DNA of 64,000 bases from the human T2T-CHM13v2.0 reference genome, Homo sapiens (GCF_009914755.1 NC_060947.1), one strand, 5' to 3'. Numbered from the stretch's first letter, positions 14,101 through 29,757 are shown. Notes: generated by a model from the sequence alone, not told the origin. A program made the numbers and translations.

Positions 14101-17100
14101 TTTTTCATAATAGTCTCTTATGATTCTTTGTATTTCTGTGGTATCAGTTGTGATGTCTGCTTTTTTGTTTCTGATTTTATTTGGGTCTTTTATACTTTCT
14201 TGTTAGTTAATCTAGCTAACGGTTTGTCCATTTTGTTTATCTTTTCAAAAAGCCAAATGTTCATGTTGTATTTCTTCTGTATTGTTTTTGAGTCTCAATT
14301 TCATTTACTTTTGCTCTGATTTTTATTATCTCTTTATTTCTATTAATTTGGGGTTTGGTTTGTTCTTGCTTTTCTAGTTCATTGAGGTGCATCATTAGAT
14401 TGTTATTCAAAATCTTTCTACTTTTTTAATGTAGTCATTTATTGCTATAAACTTGTCTCTTACTACTGCTTTTGCTGTCTCCTATAAGTTTTGGTGTGCT
14501 GTGTTTCTATATTCATTTGCTTCAAATAATTTCTTAATTTCCTTCTTATTTATTGGCTAATTGATGTTCAGGAGCATATATTTTTAATTTCCATATATTG
14601 TTACAGTTTTGAATGTTTCTCTGGTTATTGATTTCTAGTTTATTCTATTTTGGTCATAAAGGATACTCAATAATAATGTTGATTTAGAAAAATGTTTTGA
14701 GACTTGTTTTGTGTCCCAACATATGGTCAGTCTTAGAGAATGTTTCATGTGCTGATGAAAATAATGCATATTCTGCAGCTGTTGGGTGAAATGTTCTATA
14801 AATGTCTGTTAGGTTCATTTGGTCTATGCTGCAGTTTAAATCCAATGTTTCTTTGTTGATTTTCTGTGTAGATGATCTGTCCAATGCAGAGAGTGAGGTG
14901 TTGAAATTCTCAACTATTATTATATTGTAGTTTATCTCTCCCTTTAGATGCAATAATATTTGCTTTTTATATCTGGGTACTCTAGTGTTTGGTCCATAAG
15001 TATTTATAATTATTATATCCTCTTGCTGAACTGATCCTATTATCATAATATAATGTCCGTGTTTTTCTCTTTTTTACATTCTTTGACTTTTAACACCTGT
15101 TTTATCTGATATAAGTGTAGCTATTCACGCTTGCTTTTGATTTCTGTTTACATGGAATATCTTTTTCCATTTCTTCATTTTCAATCAGTGTGTGTCATTA
15201 CAGGTAAGGTGAATTTCTTATAGGCAACATATAATTGGGTATTTTTATTTTTTTATTTTTATTTTTTTTACTTTTTAACTGTTCTACTAGTCTATATGTT
15301 TAATTACAGAATTTTGTCTGTTTACTGTCAAGTTTATTATTGATATGTGAACACTTACTCCTGTCATTTCGTTAATTGTTTCTGGTTTTGTGTATCCTTT
15401 TTTTTCTATTCTCTTATTGTTAATCTATGTTGTTAGGTAATCTTTTGTAGTAATAAGGTTTGATTCCTTTCTATTTCACCTTTCTATACCTGCTTTACAA
15501 GTTTTATAATTTCATGTTTTCATGATAGTTGTTATTGTGTTTTTCCTTTCAGATGTAGGACTCCCTTAAGCATTTCTTGTAAGACCTCTCTAGTGGTGAT
15601 GAATTCCTCTGCTTTTTGCTTATCTGGAAGAGGCTTTATTTCTCCATTTCTGAAGGATTGCTTTCCTGGTGATACTATTTTGGGCTATCAGGTTTTTTCC
15701 AGCACTTTGAATATATCATCCTATTCTCTCCTGGCTTGTAAGGTTTCTGTTCAGAAATCTGCTGTTAGTCCAATGAGGATTTCCTTATATGTGATAAGAC
15801 TCTCCTTTTGCTGTTTTTAGTATTCTCTCTTTGTCACTGACTTCTGACAGTTTCACTGTGATTTTCTTTGGGAGGACCTTTTTGAGTTGAATATATTTGA
15901 TAACCTTTGAGCTTCCTGAAACTAGATGTTCATATCTCTCTCCCAAGACTTGGGAATTTTTCAGCTTTTATTTTATTAAATAAGTTTTCTACATCTTTTC
16001 ATCCTTCTGGAACCCCCATAATTCAAAAATACATCCTCTTAATGTTGTCCCATAAGTTCTATAGGCTCTCTTTATTCTTTTTTTTTCTCTTTTTTCTTTT
16101 CTGCCTGAATCATTTTAAAAGACATGTCTTCAAGTTCAGAAATTCTTTATTCTGCTTGGTCTAGTCAGCTATTGAAGCTCTGTATTGTATTTTTTAATAT
16201 TATTCATTGAATTCTTTATCTTCAATATTTCTGTTTGGTTCTTTTTTAATGATACCTATTCCTTTGTTGAATTTCTCATTCAGATCATGATTTTTTAAAA
16301 TTTCATTGATTTGTCTATCTGTATTCTCTTGTATCTTGCTGAATCTCCTTAAGATCATTATTATTAATTCCTTTTCTGGCACTTCACTTTTTCTTTTCTG
16401 TTGGGTCTGCTACTGGAAAATTATTATGTTCCTTTGAAGGTATCATGTTTCCTTATTTGTTAATGTTTCTTGTGTCCTTGTGTTGATATCTGTCCATCTG
16501 ATGGAGCAATTGCTTCTTATAATGTTATGGAGTGGCTTTCATAAGGAAAGACTTAGTCCATAGATGGGTCCTGGGGTGTTGGTTGGGTTGGGTGCATTGA
16601 CTTTGGTTCTGGGTGGATGCAGCAGTGTGGTCTCTATGCTGTAATATACATTAGCAACGTTTGCTAGTACCTCACTGGCCCAGGCTGCAAAAGTTTGTGG
16701 CAGAGGTGGCACACCTTTGCCAGGGGTGGGCTTGCCAGGCTGTTTCTCAGTCCAGAGGCAAAAGTGCACATGCGGTGGGTTGGGTGGCTCAGGAATTTGC
16801 CCTCCAGTGTTGAGCTATCAGACTACTTCTCTGGGCAAGAGTGTGGTCACACAGGGTGGGAAAGCTAGCTTGGGGTCTGGCTTACTGGGATCAGCGCTGC
16901 TGAGCTGTTTCTCTGGCCAGGGTTGCAAGTGCACAGCAGTTAAGCCAGCCTAGAGTTGGCTTCGCCAATGTGCAGTACTGGAGTTATGGCTGACCTTTCC
17001 TGGGCCCAAGATCTGAGCAGTCAGGGTCACAGCATTTCAGCCATCAGTTGGGGCTTGGTGAAATGACAGTGGAGCTGCAAGACTGGAGAGGCACAGTGTT

Positions 17101-17620
17101 TACTGGCCCCCAGAACATAGTGTATTTCAGCAGTGCCTCTAGATTCAAGATGGCACCAGGCTGCAGCAGCTTAGGTCATGGGTTGGTGGGAAATGCACAA
17201 CTTTTGCTCCTTATCTGGAGCAATGCAGACACATGAATTTCAGGCACCTTCCCAAACTGAACTCAGGGCTTGTGAGGACTATGAGATTCTCCTGTAGTAA
17301 GTACTACAGTTGTCTGTGGTGGCAATTGGGGCTGATGAGAGTCTTCTGCTTACCTTTTCCCAATAAGGAGAATTTATTCCGGGCTCTGAGCTGATCATGG
17401 TAGGGGAGATGGGGCAGCAGAAGCAGAGTACCTCACTTCCCTCTCTTTGCTGCCATTTTGAGATTCCATGCTACACAGTGACCTCACCACCCCATCACTG
17501 CACTCCAACACTCTCCCTCAGACACACCAGTTGAACTCTGTTTATTCATTCTCTTTGTCCTTTTTTGTGAGGGGGACAAGCACCAGGTGCCACCAATAAG
17601 CTATCTTACTGACATCACTC
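11125..17620 (-). mobile_element. Near full-length, decayed old L1 (L1MA3-5-like 3' end; ORF2, ORF1 remnants and GC-richer 5' region)
   Basis: L1MA-type 3'UTR at ~11140-11400; minus-strand ORFs 13855..14067, 14684..15046 (endonuclease-like) and 16200..16382 (ORF1-like); ends approximate. Confidence 0.85.
12100..12166 (-). mobile_element. ~66-bp extreme 3' tip of a primate L1PA nested in the L1MA
   Basis: ttattatactttaagttctagggtacatgtgcacaacgtgcaggtttgttacatatgtatacatg is the reverse complement of the L1PA 3' terminus (compare 51478-51540). Confidence 0.85.
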
Positions 17621-17644
17621 CAACTGGAACCGATTATTTTTTTC

Positions 17645-18225
17645 TGAGTTTTTTTTTATTGTAGTAAAATATGCATATCATAAAACTTACCATTTCAACC
17701 ATTTTTAAGTGTACAAACCAGTTGGATTTATTACATTCAGAATGTTGTGGGGTTGTCACCACTATCCATTTTCAGAACTTATTTTTTTTACCATCCCAAA
17801 CAAACTAAACAATTAAGTCTTGTTTCCCCCCTCCTCTAACCCCTGATAACCTCTATTCTACTTTTTTTTCTTGGTGACTTATATAAGTGGAATCATACAA
17901 TATTTGTCCTTTTGTGTCTGGCTTATTTCACTTTTTAGGTTTTCAGAGTTTATCCACATTGCAGCATGTATCAGAATTTCATTCCTTTTCAAGGGTGAAT
18001 AATGTTTTATCTTATGCATTCACCACATTTTGTTTATCCATTTATCTACTGATGGAAACTTGGGTTGTTTCCACCTTTTGGTTATTGTGAAAAGCGCTGC
18101 TGTGAACATTGATGTACAAGTATCTGTTTGAGTCCCTGCTTTCAGGTTTTTGGGGGGTATATAGCTAGGAGAGGCATTGCTATATCATGTAATCAGGCTA
18201 TGCTTAACTTCTTGAGCAACTGATA
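17645..18225 (-). mobile_element. L1MB-like 3' end fragment
   Basis: tttattgtagtaaaatatgc...accatttttaagtgtaca...; typical L1M 3'UTR followed by ORF2 tail. Confidence 0.7.
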
Positions 18226-18529
18226 ACATAAAATTTTAATTCAAGAAATATACTGTGTTTAGACAATGATTTTGTCATTCACAAAACATTTATTGACTTT
18301 ATAAATAGGTTTAAAATATTCAAGTAGTTCACAGATGCTACATCAATAGAAATTATCACACATAATATTTTCTGAACCATGTGGTATTTGAACTCATTCT
18401 TGAGAAATGGGGAGTATCTGGATATCTGAAAACACAGGTGGAACTCCAGACAGAAAAAAGATTATGCCAGTCTACTCCCCTAGCCTATTTTCTTGTCACA
18501 CAAACTGGCTTTGGAGATGCCATGCTCTT

Positions 18530-18895
18530 TCATGAATCAGCGCTCCTGTGCAAGCTGTTTCCTCTGGAAGGCTGCCCCCTCACCTCTTCTCTGCTTGGTA
18601 AATTAGTAATCCTTCATGGGCCAAATTAAGTATCAACTTTGACTTCCCAAGGCAGAGTTATATATCCCTTCCTTTCTACTTACAAACCTTTTGTCCATAG
18701 TTCCAATTTAGTACTTATGGTATTATTGTTAGTTATTTTATTTTTTTGCTTTCATACTATATTGTGAACTCTTAAAGGAAATAATTATGTCTAATCCTTC
18801 CATGATTATTTGTCTACCAACTCACCCAACTTCAGTGTCTAACCAAGGACATGGCATATGATAGGCACACAGTAATTATGGAATAAATCAATAAA
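18530..18895 (+). mobile_element. L2 LINE 3' end remnant
   Basis: tgtgaactcttaaagga...catggcatatgataggcacacagtaatt...gaataaatcaat resembles the L2 terminus. Confidence 0.55.
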
Positions 18896-18985
18896 GTTTG
18901 AAAAGAAAGAAAAAAAGGAAGGAAGGAAATTTCCTGGATGGTTTCTAATGGGAAAGCAGTGTCAGTGGGAAAATATCTATGTCTG

Positions 18986-19032
<47 letters not shown>
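18986..19032. repeat. (TCTA)~12 tetranucleotide STR
   Basis: Direct reading. Confidence 0.95.
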
Positions 19033-19033
<1 letters not shown>

Positions 19034-19589
19034 AATTAAAGACATTAAAACAGGATGTCCCAACATAAGTTTCATAGCAACCCTGGTTATATCCAGTTAT
19101 CTCAAGGAATGTTTTGGAAATTTATAGAGGAAGTGGATCTTCCTTTCATTTTAATTTAAAAAGGACGTGATGTCATACCATGTTTTTGTGGTTGAAAAGG
19201 TCATAAAAACCAGTCTTTTGCAGAATAGCACAGCTCTCTCAGTGCCAAGAATCACTGTTTAGACACAAAGATGAGCTTATCAACAGAATAACTTACCAAC
19301 AATAGTTGACATATTTTCCCACAGGACAGGGCATACCACATAAATTGTCACATTTCGTGGCTTTTATCCTTGAGTATCTTCTTTGTAAGTTAATGGAAGC
19401 CAGCTACATTTTCAGTGATGCATGTTTACGCTCTTGGATTTGTGTTGGTTGATTTGCCTTCATTTTCTTTATCATTTGAAAATTATTTATGCAGGTTTTT
19501 CATGCTTTCAGTTTTGTGAAGATACCTTAAAGCAGTAGAACAGACACCCCCACACTGTGCTTTATATTTTTTCAAGAGGCTGTTTGGCA

Positions 19590-19826
19590 TAGCATAGCTG
19601 GATGTATGCTTTGGAATCAGACAGACTTTGGCTTCAAATTCTGCTTCCCCTACTTACTAGTACTATGACTGAATACATTATTTACTGTCTCTAAATTTTA
19701 AATTTGTATAAGTAAATTGGAGATAATTATACTTACTTGTTGGGCTATGGTAAGGATTCACAAAGATATCTAAATATCATGCTTAGCACAGTAGCTGATA
19801 CATGGTAAAAATTCCACAAATGTTAG
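19590..19826 (+). mobile_element. MIR SINE
   Basis: gctttggaatcagacagac...ttcaaattctgcttcccctacttactag...gcttagcacagtagctgatacatggtaa. Confidence 0.75.
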
Positions 19827-20072
19827 GTCTCAAATTGTACAGTTGGGAACCTATAGCTCCTTGCTTTTCTCCTGTACCATCAGTCATCTCAATAATAGGT
19901 TAGTTTTCTCCTTCTGATGACATTGTTGAGTTTTTCTAGTAAATGTGGATTTTATAAGAATGTAGATGTTATAGATCTTGCATTGTGTTTTTCAAACGAC
20001 CCCTCACTAGGCATATTTCTCCCACTGTTAACCTACTAATGAAATAAAAATTGGTTTTTGGACTTCTTTTAG

Positions 20073-20259
20073 GAGCCAGGTGGTGGAAATGAGGCCTCAA
20101 ATGCCATTGACTCAGGTGCTGCACCGTCAGCACCTGATCATGAGAGTGACAATAAGGACATATCAGAATCATCAACACAATCAGATTTTTCTGCCAATCA
20201 CTCATCTCCTTCCAAAGGTTCTGGGATGTCTGCTGATGCTAACTTTGCCAGTGCCATCT
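20073..20259 (+). CDS. NRK: NRK coding exon (EPGGGNEASNAIDSGAAPSAPDHESD...ANFASAI)
   Basis: ttttAG|GAG acceptor, T|GTGAGT donor; 187 nt, ends phase 1. Confidence 0.9.
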
Positions 20260-20631
20260 GTGAGTGTGTTCAATGTAATCTCTAAATGCTACTATCTGTT
20301 CACTTATTAAATAGTGTTTAACCACTGCTTCATGATCTGTTAGGAATCAAATTATTCTCACATTCACTTGAAATAAATTCAGATTGATATATGCTTTTAA
20401 AACATCTACTCTTTACTGAATCTTTATGGTACCTAAATTTGAGCTACAATTGAGAAATTGAGTCCCTTATATGGATTTATGTGTGTTTTCTAATCACAAT
20501 AACTTAAAATATATTCGTGTTCAACAATGTATTTTAGCCATCATGATTTGTGTTATCTGATGGTTTCAGAGTTACTGAAACTATACTTCCAGTAAAAAAT
20601 AAAATACAATAAAAGGAAAGAAATTTATTTG

Positions 20632-20788
20632 TTTTTTTATTTTGAAATAAGATCTCGCTCTGTCACTTAGGCTGGATTACAGTGGCAGGATCATGGTACA
20701 TGGTAGCCTCAACCTCTGATTCTTAATGATCCTCCCACCTTGGCCTCCCAAGAGCTGGGATTACAGGTGTGAGCCACGACATCTAGCC
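20632..20788 (-). mobile_element. Fossil Alu monomer (FAM/FRAM-like)
   Basis: Single ~155-bp Alu monomer with T-rich tail. Confidence 0.8.
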
Positions 20789-20984
20789 AAAGAAAATAAA
20801 TTTGGCTAAGTCGTGTCTCATTTGCGGAAACACTGTAGCATATAAGGTGTACAGAGGAGTAATTTAAAAAAAATTTTTCTATAACTCCATCAGGTGCAGA
20901 TTTTTCTTTAAAAAAAAATTCTGTAACTCCATCATGCACAGAACTAGTAATTTCTCTTATTATCTTCCCCTTACATCTTTGCAG

Positions 20985-21140
20985 TATACGCTGGATTCGT
21001 AGAAGTACCTGAGGAATCACCTAAGCAACCCTCTGAAGTCAATGTTAACCCACTCTATGTCTCTCCTGCATGTAAAAAACCACTAATCCACATGTATGAA
21101 AAGGAGTTCACTTCTGAGATCTGCTGTGGTTCTTTGTGGG
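20985..21140 (+). CDS. NRK: NRK coding exon, start of CNH domain (LYAGFVEVPEESPKQPSEVNVNP...YEKEFTSEICCGSLWG)
   Basis: Long pyrimidine tract + gcAG|TA; G|GTGAGT; matches the GCK-IV motifs VNVNP and YKKRFNSEILCAALWG. Confidence 0.95.
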
Positions 21141-21377
21141 GTGAGTTTGTTTTGTTTTCTTAAAGAATATATTTTTATGTAGCAAACCTGTGAAAATCAT
21201 AGACATAAAATATTTGCTTACTCTTACCAAGTCATTACAATAAAAATATATTTATAGTAGTTAATTTGCTCAGAATTGGTTTTGCTGATTTTTTTTTTCA
21301 CTCAGTGCAGTTTGATGTTTGAATTGACGGCCCCCACCTTTGTATTCTATTTCTTTTAAACCTGAGTTAACTTGGAT

Positions 21378-21645
21378 GGCAGGTGGATCACGAGGTCAGG
21401 AGTTGAGACCAGCCTGGACAACATAGTGAAACTTTGTACTAAAAATACAAAAAAATTAGCTGGGTGTGGTGGCAGGTGCCTGTAATCCCAGCTACTTGGG
21501 AGACTGAGGCAAGGAGAATTGCTTGAACCTGGGAGGTGGAGGTTGCAGTGAGCAGAGATCACGCCACTGCACTTCAGCCCGGGCGACAGTGCAAGACTCT
21601 CTCTATATATATTATATTTATTATATTTTATATATATATATATAT
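21378..21645 (+). mobile_element. 5'-truncated AluS (AluSg-like) with TA-rich tail
   Basis: ggatcacgaggtcaggagtt..., mid A-linker, full right arm. Confidence 0.9.
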
Positions 21646-23022
21646 ACACAACTGGACTAGGTTATGATTGTTTGAAAGTTTAAGTTTCGTATTTCTAATT
21701 TAGGGTAGTGTTCAACATGTGATACTTTATGAGGTATTCCAAGAAATATTTCTGCAGGATCTTGTTTTTAAAAAGCCTTGGAAATTTGTAGAGAAAGTTC
21801 CTTCTATAATGTCTTAACTCTGATAGACTTTTTAAAATCCTTTTTTTCAGAAGAATTATAACCACATTGGCAATGCTGAGACAATATTTTACCGCAAGCC
21901 AATCTGAATCATAAATGAAACAAAATAAATGAATTCAAGAAAGGGAGAAATCCAAAGTAAATGCCAACCTCTGTCTTGCAATTTCATAGATTTTGCTTAA
22001 TGTATGATTGAACAAAGGACAGGGTTTTAAATTAAAAATAGAAAAGGGTAACAAACATTGTAATTATGTGGATTAAAGAATTTTTAAAAATCATCTCAAA
22101 GTTCTGCTAATTTAGTGTGTCAAACAACAAGATAGCATGAATATTTCAGTCTGGCAACTACCTAGAAATGTAGTTAATGTCTAATAATCCATTCTTATAA
22201 CGTGTAATTTTATATTTTGAAAAATAAAAGATTATAGTAAAAATTGGCTATACTTCTTCCTCCTTCTCTGATTCCCCTGTGAGAAGAAGATGCAGCTCCT
22301 AAACATGCCATTGGCCATGAGTTAGAGAACTGATTAAAGACAGAGTGAGAAAATGAAGGCAAAATCACTTAAGTTTTCTCCTTATGCTCATGGAGCACAG
22401 GTATGCTCCAAGTGCAAGGAGGACTGTGAAATTTTATCTTGTTACATTACTTGGCTGGTTATTTCCTATGTCACTTTATGGTGAAAAGCTCCCATAGTAG
22501 TTTGAAGTGTAATTTAACTTTGGTTCTGTCTTCTATTTCAGTCCTCTTATTTGGTCTTTAAACAGTGCTTATATTTGAACAAATAGAGCCAGTCAACAAA
22601 TAAAAGAGAGTGTAGAAATTGAGATCCATGAAGGCAGGAACTAATTTCATAGGCATTTGGCAACGGTAAATTTTTAATATATGCATGAACATAGAATCAT
22701 TCAATTTAAAAACAATTATTTACATATAATTATTTTAAAATCATTCAAACATTTACTTATGTTTAGAGATGAGAAATGAGCTGAATTGAACTCTTTGTAT
22801 GTGCTAGACTAAGAATGTTTAATGATAATTTTCAAAAAGGTTGATTGATTTTGATAAAGTTCAGAACACTACTAAAGGGTGCTAATATATCCATAAATTT
22901 CCATTTGTGAGATGGCATACCAGATGCCAGCCAGTGGAATACTGCCAGAGGGAATTATGTTCTATATTTTTATGTATTTCATTGAAATTTGTTCTGTTGG
23001 TAGAGAGTACATAGTTACACAG

Positions 23023-23218
23023 TATGAGGTGAATATAGCCTAAACTGATAAGTCATCTTTACATAGATCAGCATACTGGAATAGCAAAAATAGTAATATA
23101 GATGCAATTATGAAAAATAATATGAGGTGAATATAGCCTAAACTGATAAGTCATCTTTACATAGATCAGCATACTGGAATAGCAAAAATAGTAATATAGA
23201 TGCAATTATGAAAAATAA
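23023..23218. repeat. Perfect 2 x 98-bp tandem duplication
   Basis: 23023-23120 identical to 23121-23218 on base-by-base comparison. Confidence 0.97.
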
Positions 23219-23253
23219 TCTGAGCTAATATAGCACTTTTTATATATGAACAG

Positions 23254-23397
23254 GAGTCAATTTGCTGTTGGGAACCCGATCTAATCTATATCTGATGGAC
23301 AGAAGTGGAAAGGCTGACATTACTAAACTTATAAGGCGAAGACCATTCCGCCAGATTCAAGTCTTAGAGCCACTCAATTTGCTGATTACCATCTCAG
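23254..23397 (+). CDS. NRK: NRK CNH exon ([47 protein letters not shown])
   Basis: aacAG|GA, CAG|GTTTGT; 144 nt; homologous to the MAP4K4/TNIK/MINK1 CNH. Confidence 0.95.
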
Positions 23398-24568
23398 GTT
23401 TGTTTAAGAACTAAAATTAGCTGAGTAATTATGCAGATTAATTAGTCTGCAAACTGGGTTAAAGACTTTCTCAGGTTAAAGTGTTCCTAGAAGAGCACTT
23501 TAAATATAACCTTTAATTGGGACACCAGACTTTCCTACTTATATTATCTTATCTATTTACAATTTAAAGTAACTTCCTTTTATTGTAAAGTACCTAACCT
23601 AGGTTACTGATAAGAAAAACCACAACATTTGCATCCTTGCATGTTCTCTCCAGTGCAGCCTCCTACAACTTCAGATTTCTAATTTTCATCCATTCATGCA
23701 CAGGACTGCATCAACATCCACCATGTCCCGTTCTTGTGAGGTGTTAGAAGCAACAAAGAACAAAGTGAACAATAATCAGATACAAAAGAGAGTTGTCCTT
23801 AGTATATAGCCTTATCACAAGGGCCTACAGGTAGAGTTTGTAACAAGAATGGATCCCCTAAAGATCTTTACACCTTTTCCAAATAGTAGTTAAATTTCTT
23901 AGTTTTGGTCAGTCAGAGCCTGAAACTTAGAATACAAGAAAGCAAGTAAATGAGTGTTAAGAGTGATCGTGATTACTAAACAGCATTTAGTATCAGGAAA
24001 GCACCAACATTAAAGCTGACTATAGGCAAAAGATGACTGACAAAAGAGAGGAAAAGTAAGAAAATATGGTTTGTCTATGTGAATAAAATGATGCTAATCA
24101 CAGACACTTATATGAGTTTATGTATTTTATTATATATAACATGCTTTATATATAATTAGTGCACAAATTGCCATGTTGCACACTAATGATTTTGTGTTAT
24201 TCCTAAAATGATTAACTTTGCTTTACATTTTGGTTAGAGGAGAAATCCCTTTAGAGGTATGCTCAGACTTCATGATTTTTTAAATCATGTTTTATAGTTA
24301 GTTGCTTATAATTGTTTAAGGTACGTAGAAGTAATATTTATTTTTTGAAAACATCTGGGTGGCTTATAGACTACATATCTGTATAACAGATTTCTTTACT
24401 TTTTATCCAACTTCCTCTAACCCAAATATGTTCTTCTCTAGTTCTTGAGCTTCTCTCAAATGTGGAATATTTTTCCATCAAACAGTACTGAGAACATCAG
24501 TATAAGAAGGTACTCAGTAGTTTAAAGCACAAATTTATTTTACCATTTAAGAAATAGAATAGCGGTAG

Positions 24569-24914
24569 TGTTTTAGTCCATTCTCATGCTGCTATAAGGA
24601 CATACCTGAGACTGAGTAATTTATAAAGGAAAGGGGTTTAATTGACTCACAGTTCCACATGGCTGGGGAGGCTTCAAGAAACTTACAATCATGGCAGAAG
24701 GGAAAGCAAACATGTCCTTCTTCACATGGCAGCAGCAAGGAGAAGTGCAGAGCGAAGGGGGGAGAAGCCCCTTATAAAACCATCAGATCATATGAGAACT
24801 CAATATCATGAGAAAAGCATGAAAGTAACTGCCCCATGGTTCAATTACCTCCCACTGGGTCCCTCACTCAACACATGGGGATTACTATTTGGATTAAAAT
24901 TCGAGACCATATCA
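24569..24914 (-). mobile_element. THE1C/D-like MaLR solo LTR
   Basis: TG...CA ends; tagtccattctcatgctgct...gactcacagttccacatggctggggagg...ccttataaaaccatcagatc...accatatca. Confidence 0.88.
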
Positions 24915-25688
24915 CATAGATGTAGATATCTGAACCCTAACACTGCTTCAAAAATGTTGTGTAAAAACATATGAAAGACTAATCACATAAGTAAGAATCC
25001 TATTGTTGGGCCTAGAAATCATGTAATAATAAACCATAAAAATGACAAAGAAAAATGATTATAAAGTCACTATATAGGGGAAAAGAAATGTGTGATTTTT
25101 TCATGGCCTGTGTTTCCTGACTGAATTGTAAGAATTTGATGAAATTTACAATTAGGAAATTAATATTAACGATAAATTTAGTTGGAGGAAAATATAATGA
25201 AACTGTTCAACTATTTTACAAGCATGCTGGAATGACAGAACACAAAGATACCCATATTGCTGTCCCTGAATACCTTAACAGTCAATATTCAGCCACCCCT
25301 CTCGTACACACACACTACCAGGGACAGCTTTTAGGTCTCTGAACTCCAGAGGAGTTATGACTTCATGAATAGCCAAGGTACAAATGAATGGATGGTAATT
25401 ATCTTGCCTGCATAGTGGAAGGCTTAACTTGTCCCAAAAAAAGTTTAGATCCCCTTCTGAGAGGCACATAGGTAGATACTTTGACTATCTCTTGGAATTG
25501 AGAGACTAAAATAATCTGTCATATTTCCAAATCCTGAATGGGAGATTCTGATGCAATGCAGTTTTTTTTAAGGTGCTTTTTACGTTAATAAAGATATTTT
25601 TAAAAGGCAAAATATCTTTACTTTTTTTTCTTCTAATATATGAAAAGAAAGACTGATTTTAAATACTGTATATTTTCTTATCTATCAG

Positions 25689-25847
25689 GTCATAAGAACA
25701 GACTTCGGGTGTATCATCTGACCTGGTTGAGGAACAAGATTTTGAATAATGATCCAGAAAGTAAAAGAAGGCAAGAAGAAATGCTGAAGACAGAGGAAGC
25801 CTGCAAAGCTATTGATAAGTTAACAGGCTGTGAACACTTCAGTGTCC
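25689..25847 (+). CDS. NRK: NRK CNH exon (GHKNRLRVYHLTWLRNKILNNDPE...GCEHFSV)
   Basis: atcAG|GT, C|GTAAGC; 159 nt; matches paralog LRVYYLSWLRNKILHNDPE. Confidence 0.95.
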
Positions 25848-27356
25848 GTAAGCCACATTTCATGTTTACTACAGCTATATAAATTTTGCATCCTTTCATT
25901 TGGTGAACTACATAATTATGAAAGGCAAAGCAGAGAAAGGAAACAATTTGCAGTTTCAAATACAGACGAGATCAGGGACGTTCAGGGTGGTATGGCTATA
26001 GACAGCAACTTCAAATCAAAGAAGAGTAAATTTCACTGACACATCTTCCAGGTCTTCTATGTTACAATCTTGATTTTTTTTTTTGAGAAAACATTGACTG
26101 ACTAAAATAGTTATTGATGTTAGGTTTGGTTTACCTCCTCACCTTACTTTCTTTCCCAGTCACCCCGAATATTCCAGATAAACCGATTTTTTTTTCCTGC
26201 CTTTATATAGCTTCAGCTATATAAATGGTCTTGATTTATCTTCACAAACTTGGGGAGATGCATATGATATTCTCTTTCTTTGGAGCAACAGTAAGATTGA
26301 ATCCCTCCTAATACTGTCCAGGAAACTTAATGATGAGTCAGAAAGAAAATTCTGTGATCTGCTGGCTCTCACTCCCACTGTTGATATTAATGAATATAAT
26401 CACTAATTGTTTTCCATCTGATTAGAATGTTTTCATATACCCTGTATCTTCACAACCATCCACTGTGAAAGGATGTAACAACCCTAGGGGTTCAGAATCC
26501 TGCTCTCAGCTATAAAAAACCGTGAGCTAATGTCATCCCATTCTGTTCTATTTCTGAAGCAAATCCCCCTGTACTCTCAGCCTTCTTTTGCTTCTTTCCC
26601 TCTTCATTAATTGCCTCTTCAGGCAGAACTGGTGGCATAGGTGAGAAATAGCTGGAATCACATTATATAAATTGCAATGGGATATTTCTGTCCTGACTGA
26701 CCATTATTGTTCTGCATATAAAGTGACTTTCTCAGGGTAGGTTTTTGTATGTGTGTGCATATGTACACATACACCACTAAAGAGGGAAATGAGTACCCAG
26801 ATAATTTAAGCATTAAATAAATACACTAGTTTCTTCCAGGTTTAGGTATCACTACTTCCCTCCAAATCATATTATGCAAATGTGATAGTCCTACAGGTGA
26901 AAGATATCCCCAGATGTTAACTCAGGAGTTTATATAGCAAAACTACCTCCTCCTAACTTGTAAAATATTAGTTCAGTAAGAGATAGTCACAAAGTTACTC
27001 ATATTGCAAATCTGTGCTCTTTGTGAGGGGTGGACTAGTTAAGTTTAGTTTTCCTGGCTGACCCCATTCCAGTCCACCTAAGCTCTCAGAACAGCAAAAA
27101 GCATTTGTCCCACTGACAGGTGGAATTAGTAGCATCTTCACATAGGAAGACAAGAACAAATCATACTTGCCTGGTATTTTCATAGCCTTCCAAGATCCAC
27201 AAGACAGTGAACTGTCACCAATTACTACCCTATATTAAATATATAGGAAGTGTTTTCTTAAGAGAGAATATTTTTTATTATTGGAGGATTAGTAATCATG
27301 CTCCTTTGACCTACTTGGGAGCAATGCAAAAGAAAATGCAAGAGTAAGCTAGACCC

Positions 27357-27358
27357 AG

Positions 27359-27408
<50 letters not shown>
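27357..27408. repeat. (GA)n microsatellite
   Basis: Direct reading. Confidence 0.95.
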
Positions 27409-27412
<4 letters not shown>

Positions 27413-27534
27413 CGTAGGGATGGCAGAAGAAATTGCAGCCAAGAAAGGGCTTTATAGCACAAAGTATAAATCTATCGGGTAAGACAACATATTCCATAAG
27501 AACCAGAAGGGCTAATCAAGAGCAAGCATATACC

Positions 27535-29535
<2,001 letters not shown>

Positions 29536-29757
29536 ACAATTTAGAGTGCTCTTGAAGGCGAATATGTATACTCCATAAAACTATACAGTAATTTTGTTAC
29601 CTTTTTGTGGGCATCAAATTGTAACCAAGTAGCTTCCCCAAAAATATACTGTCTGTGCTCTTAAATTGTGGTTATGGCATTTTTTATGACAAATACAAAT
29701 ACTTGAGTGTTCTTGTTAACTGTGGCATCGTTACTTTTTTGTGTTTTATCATTATAG

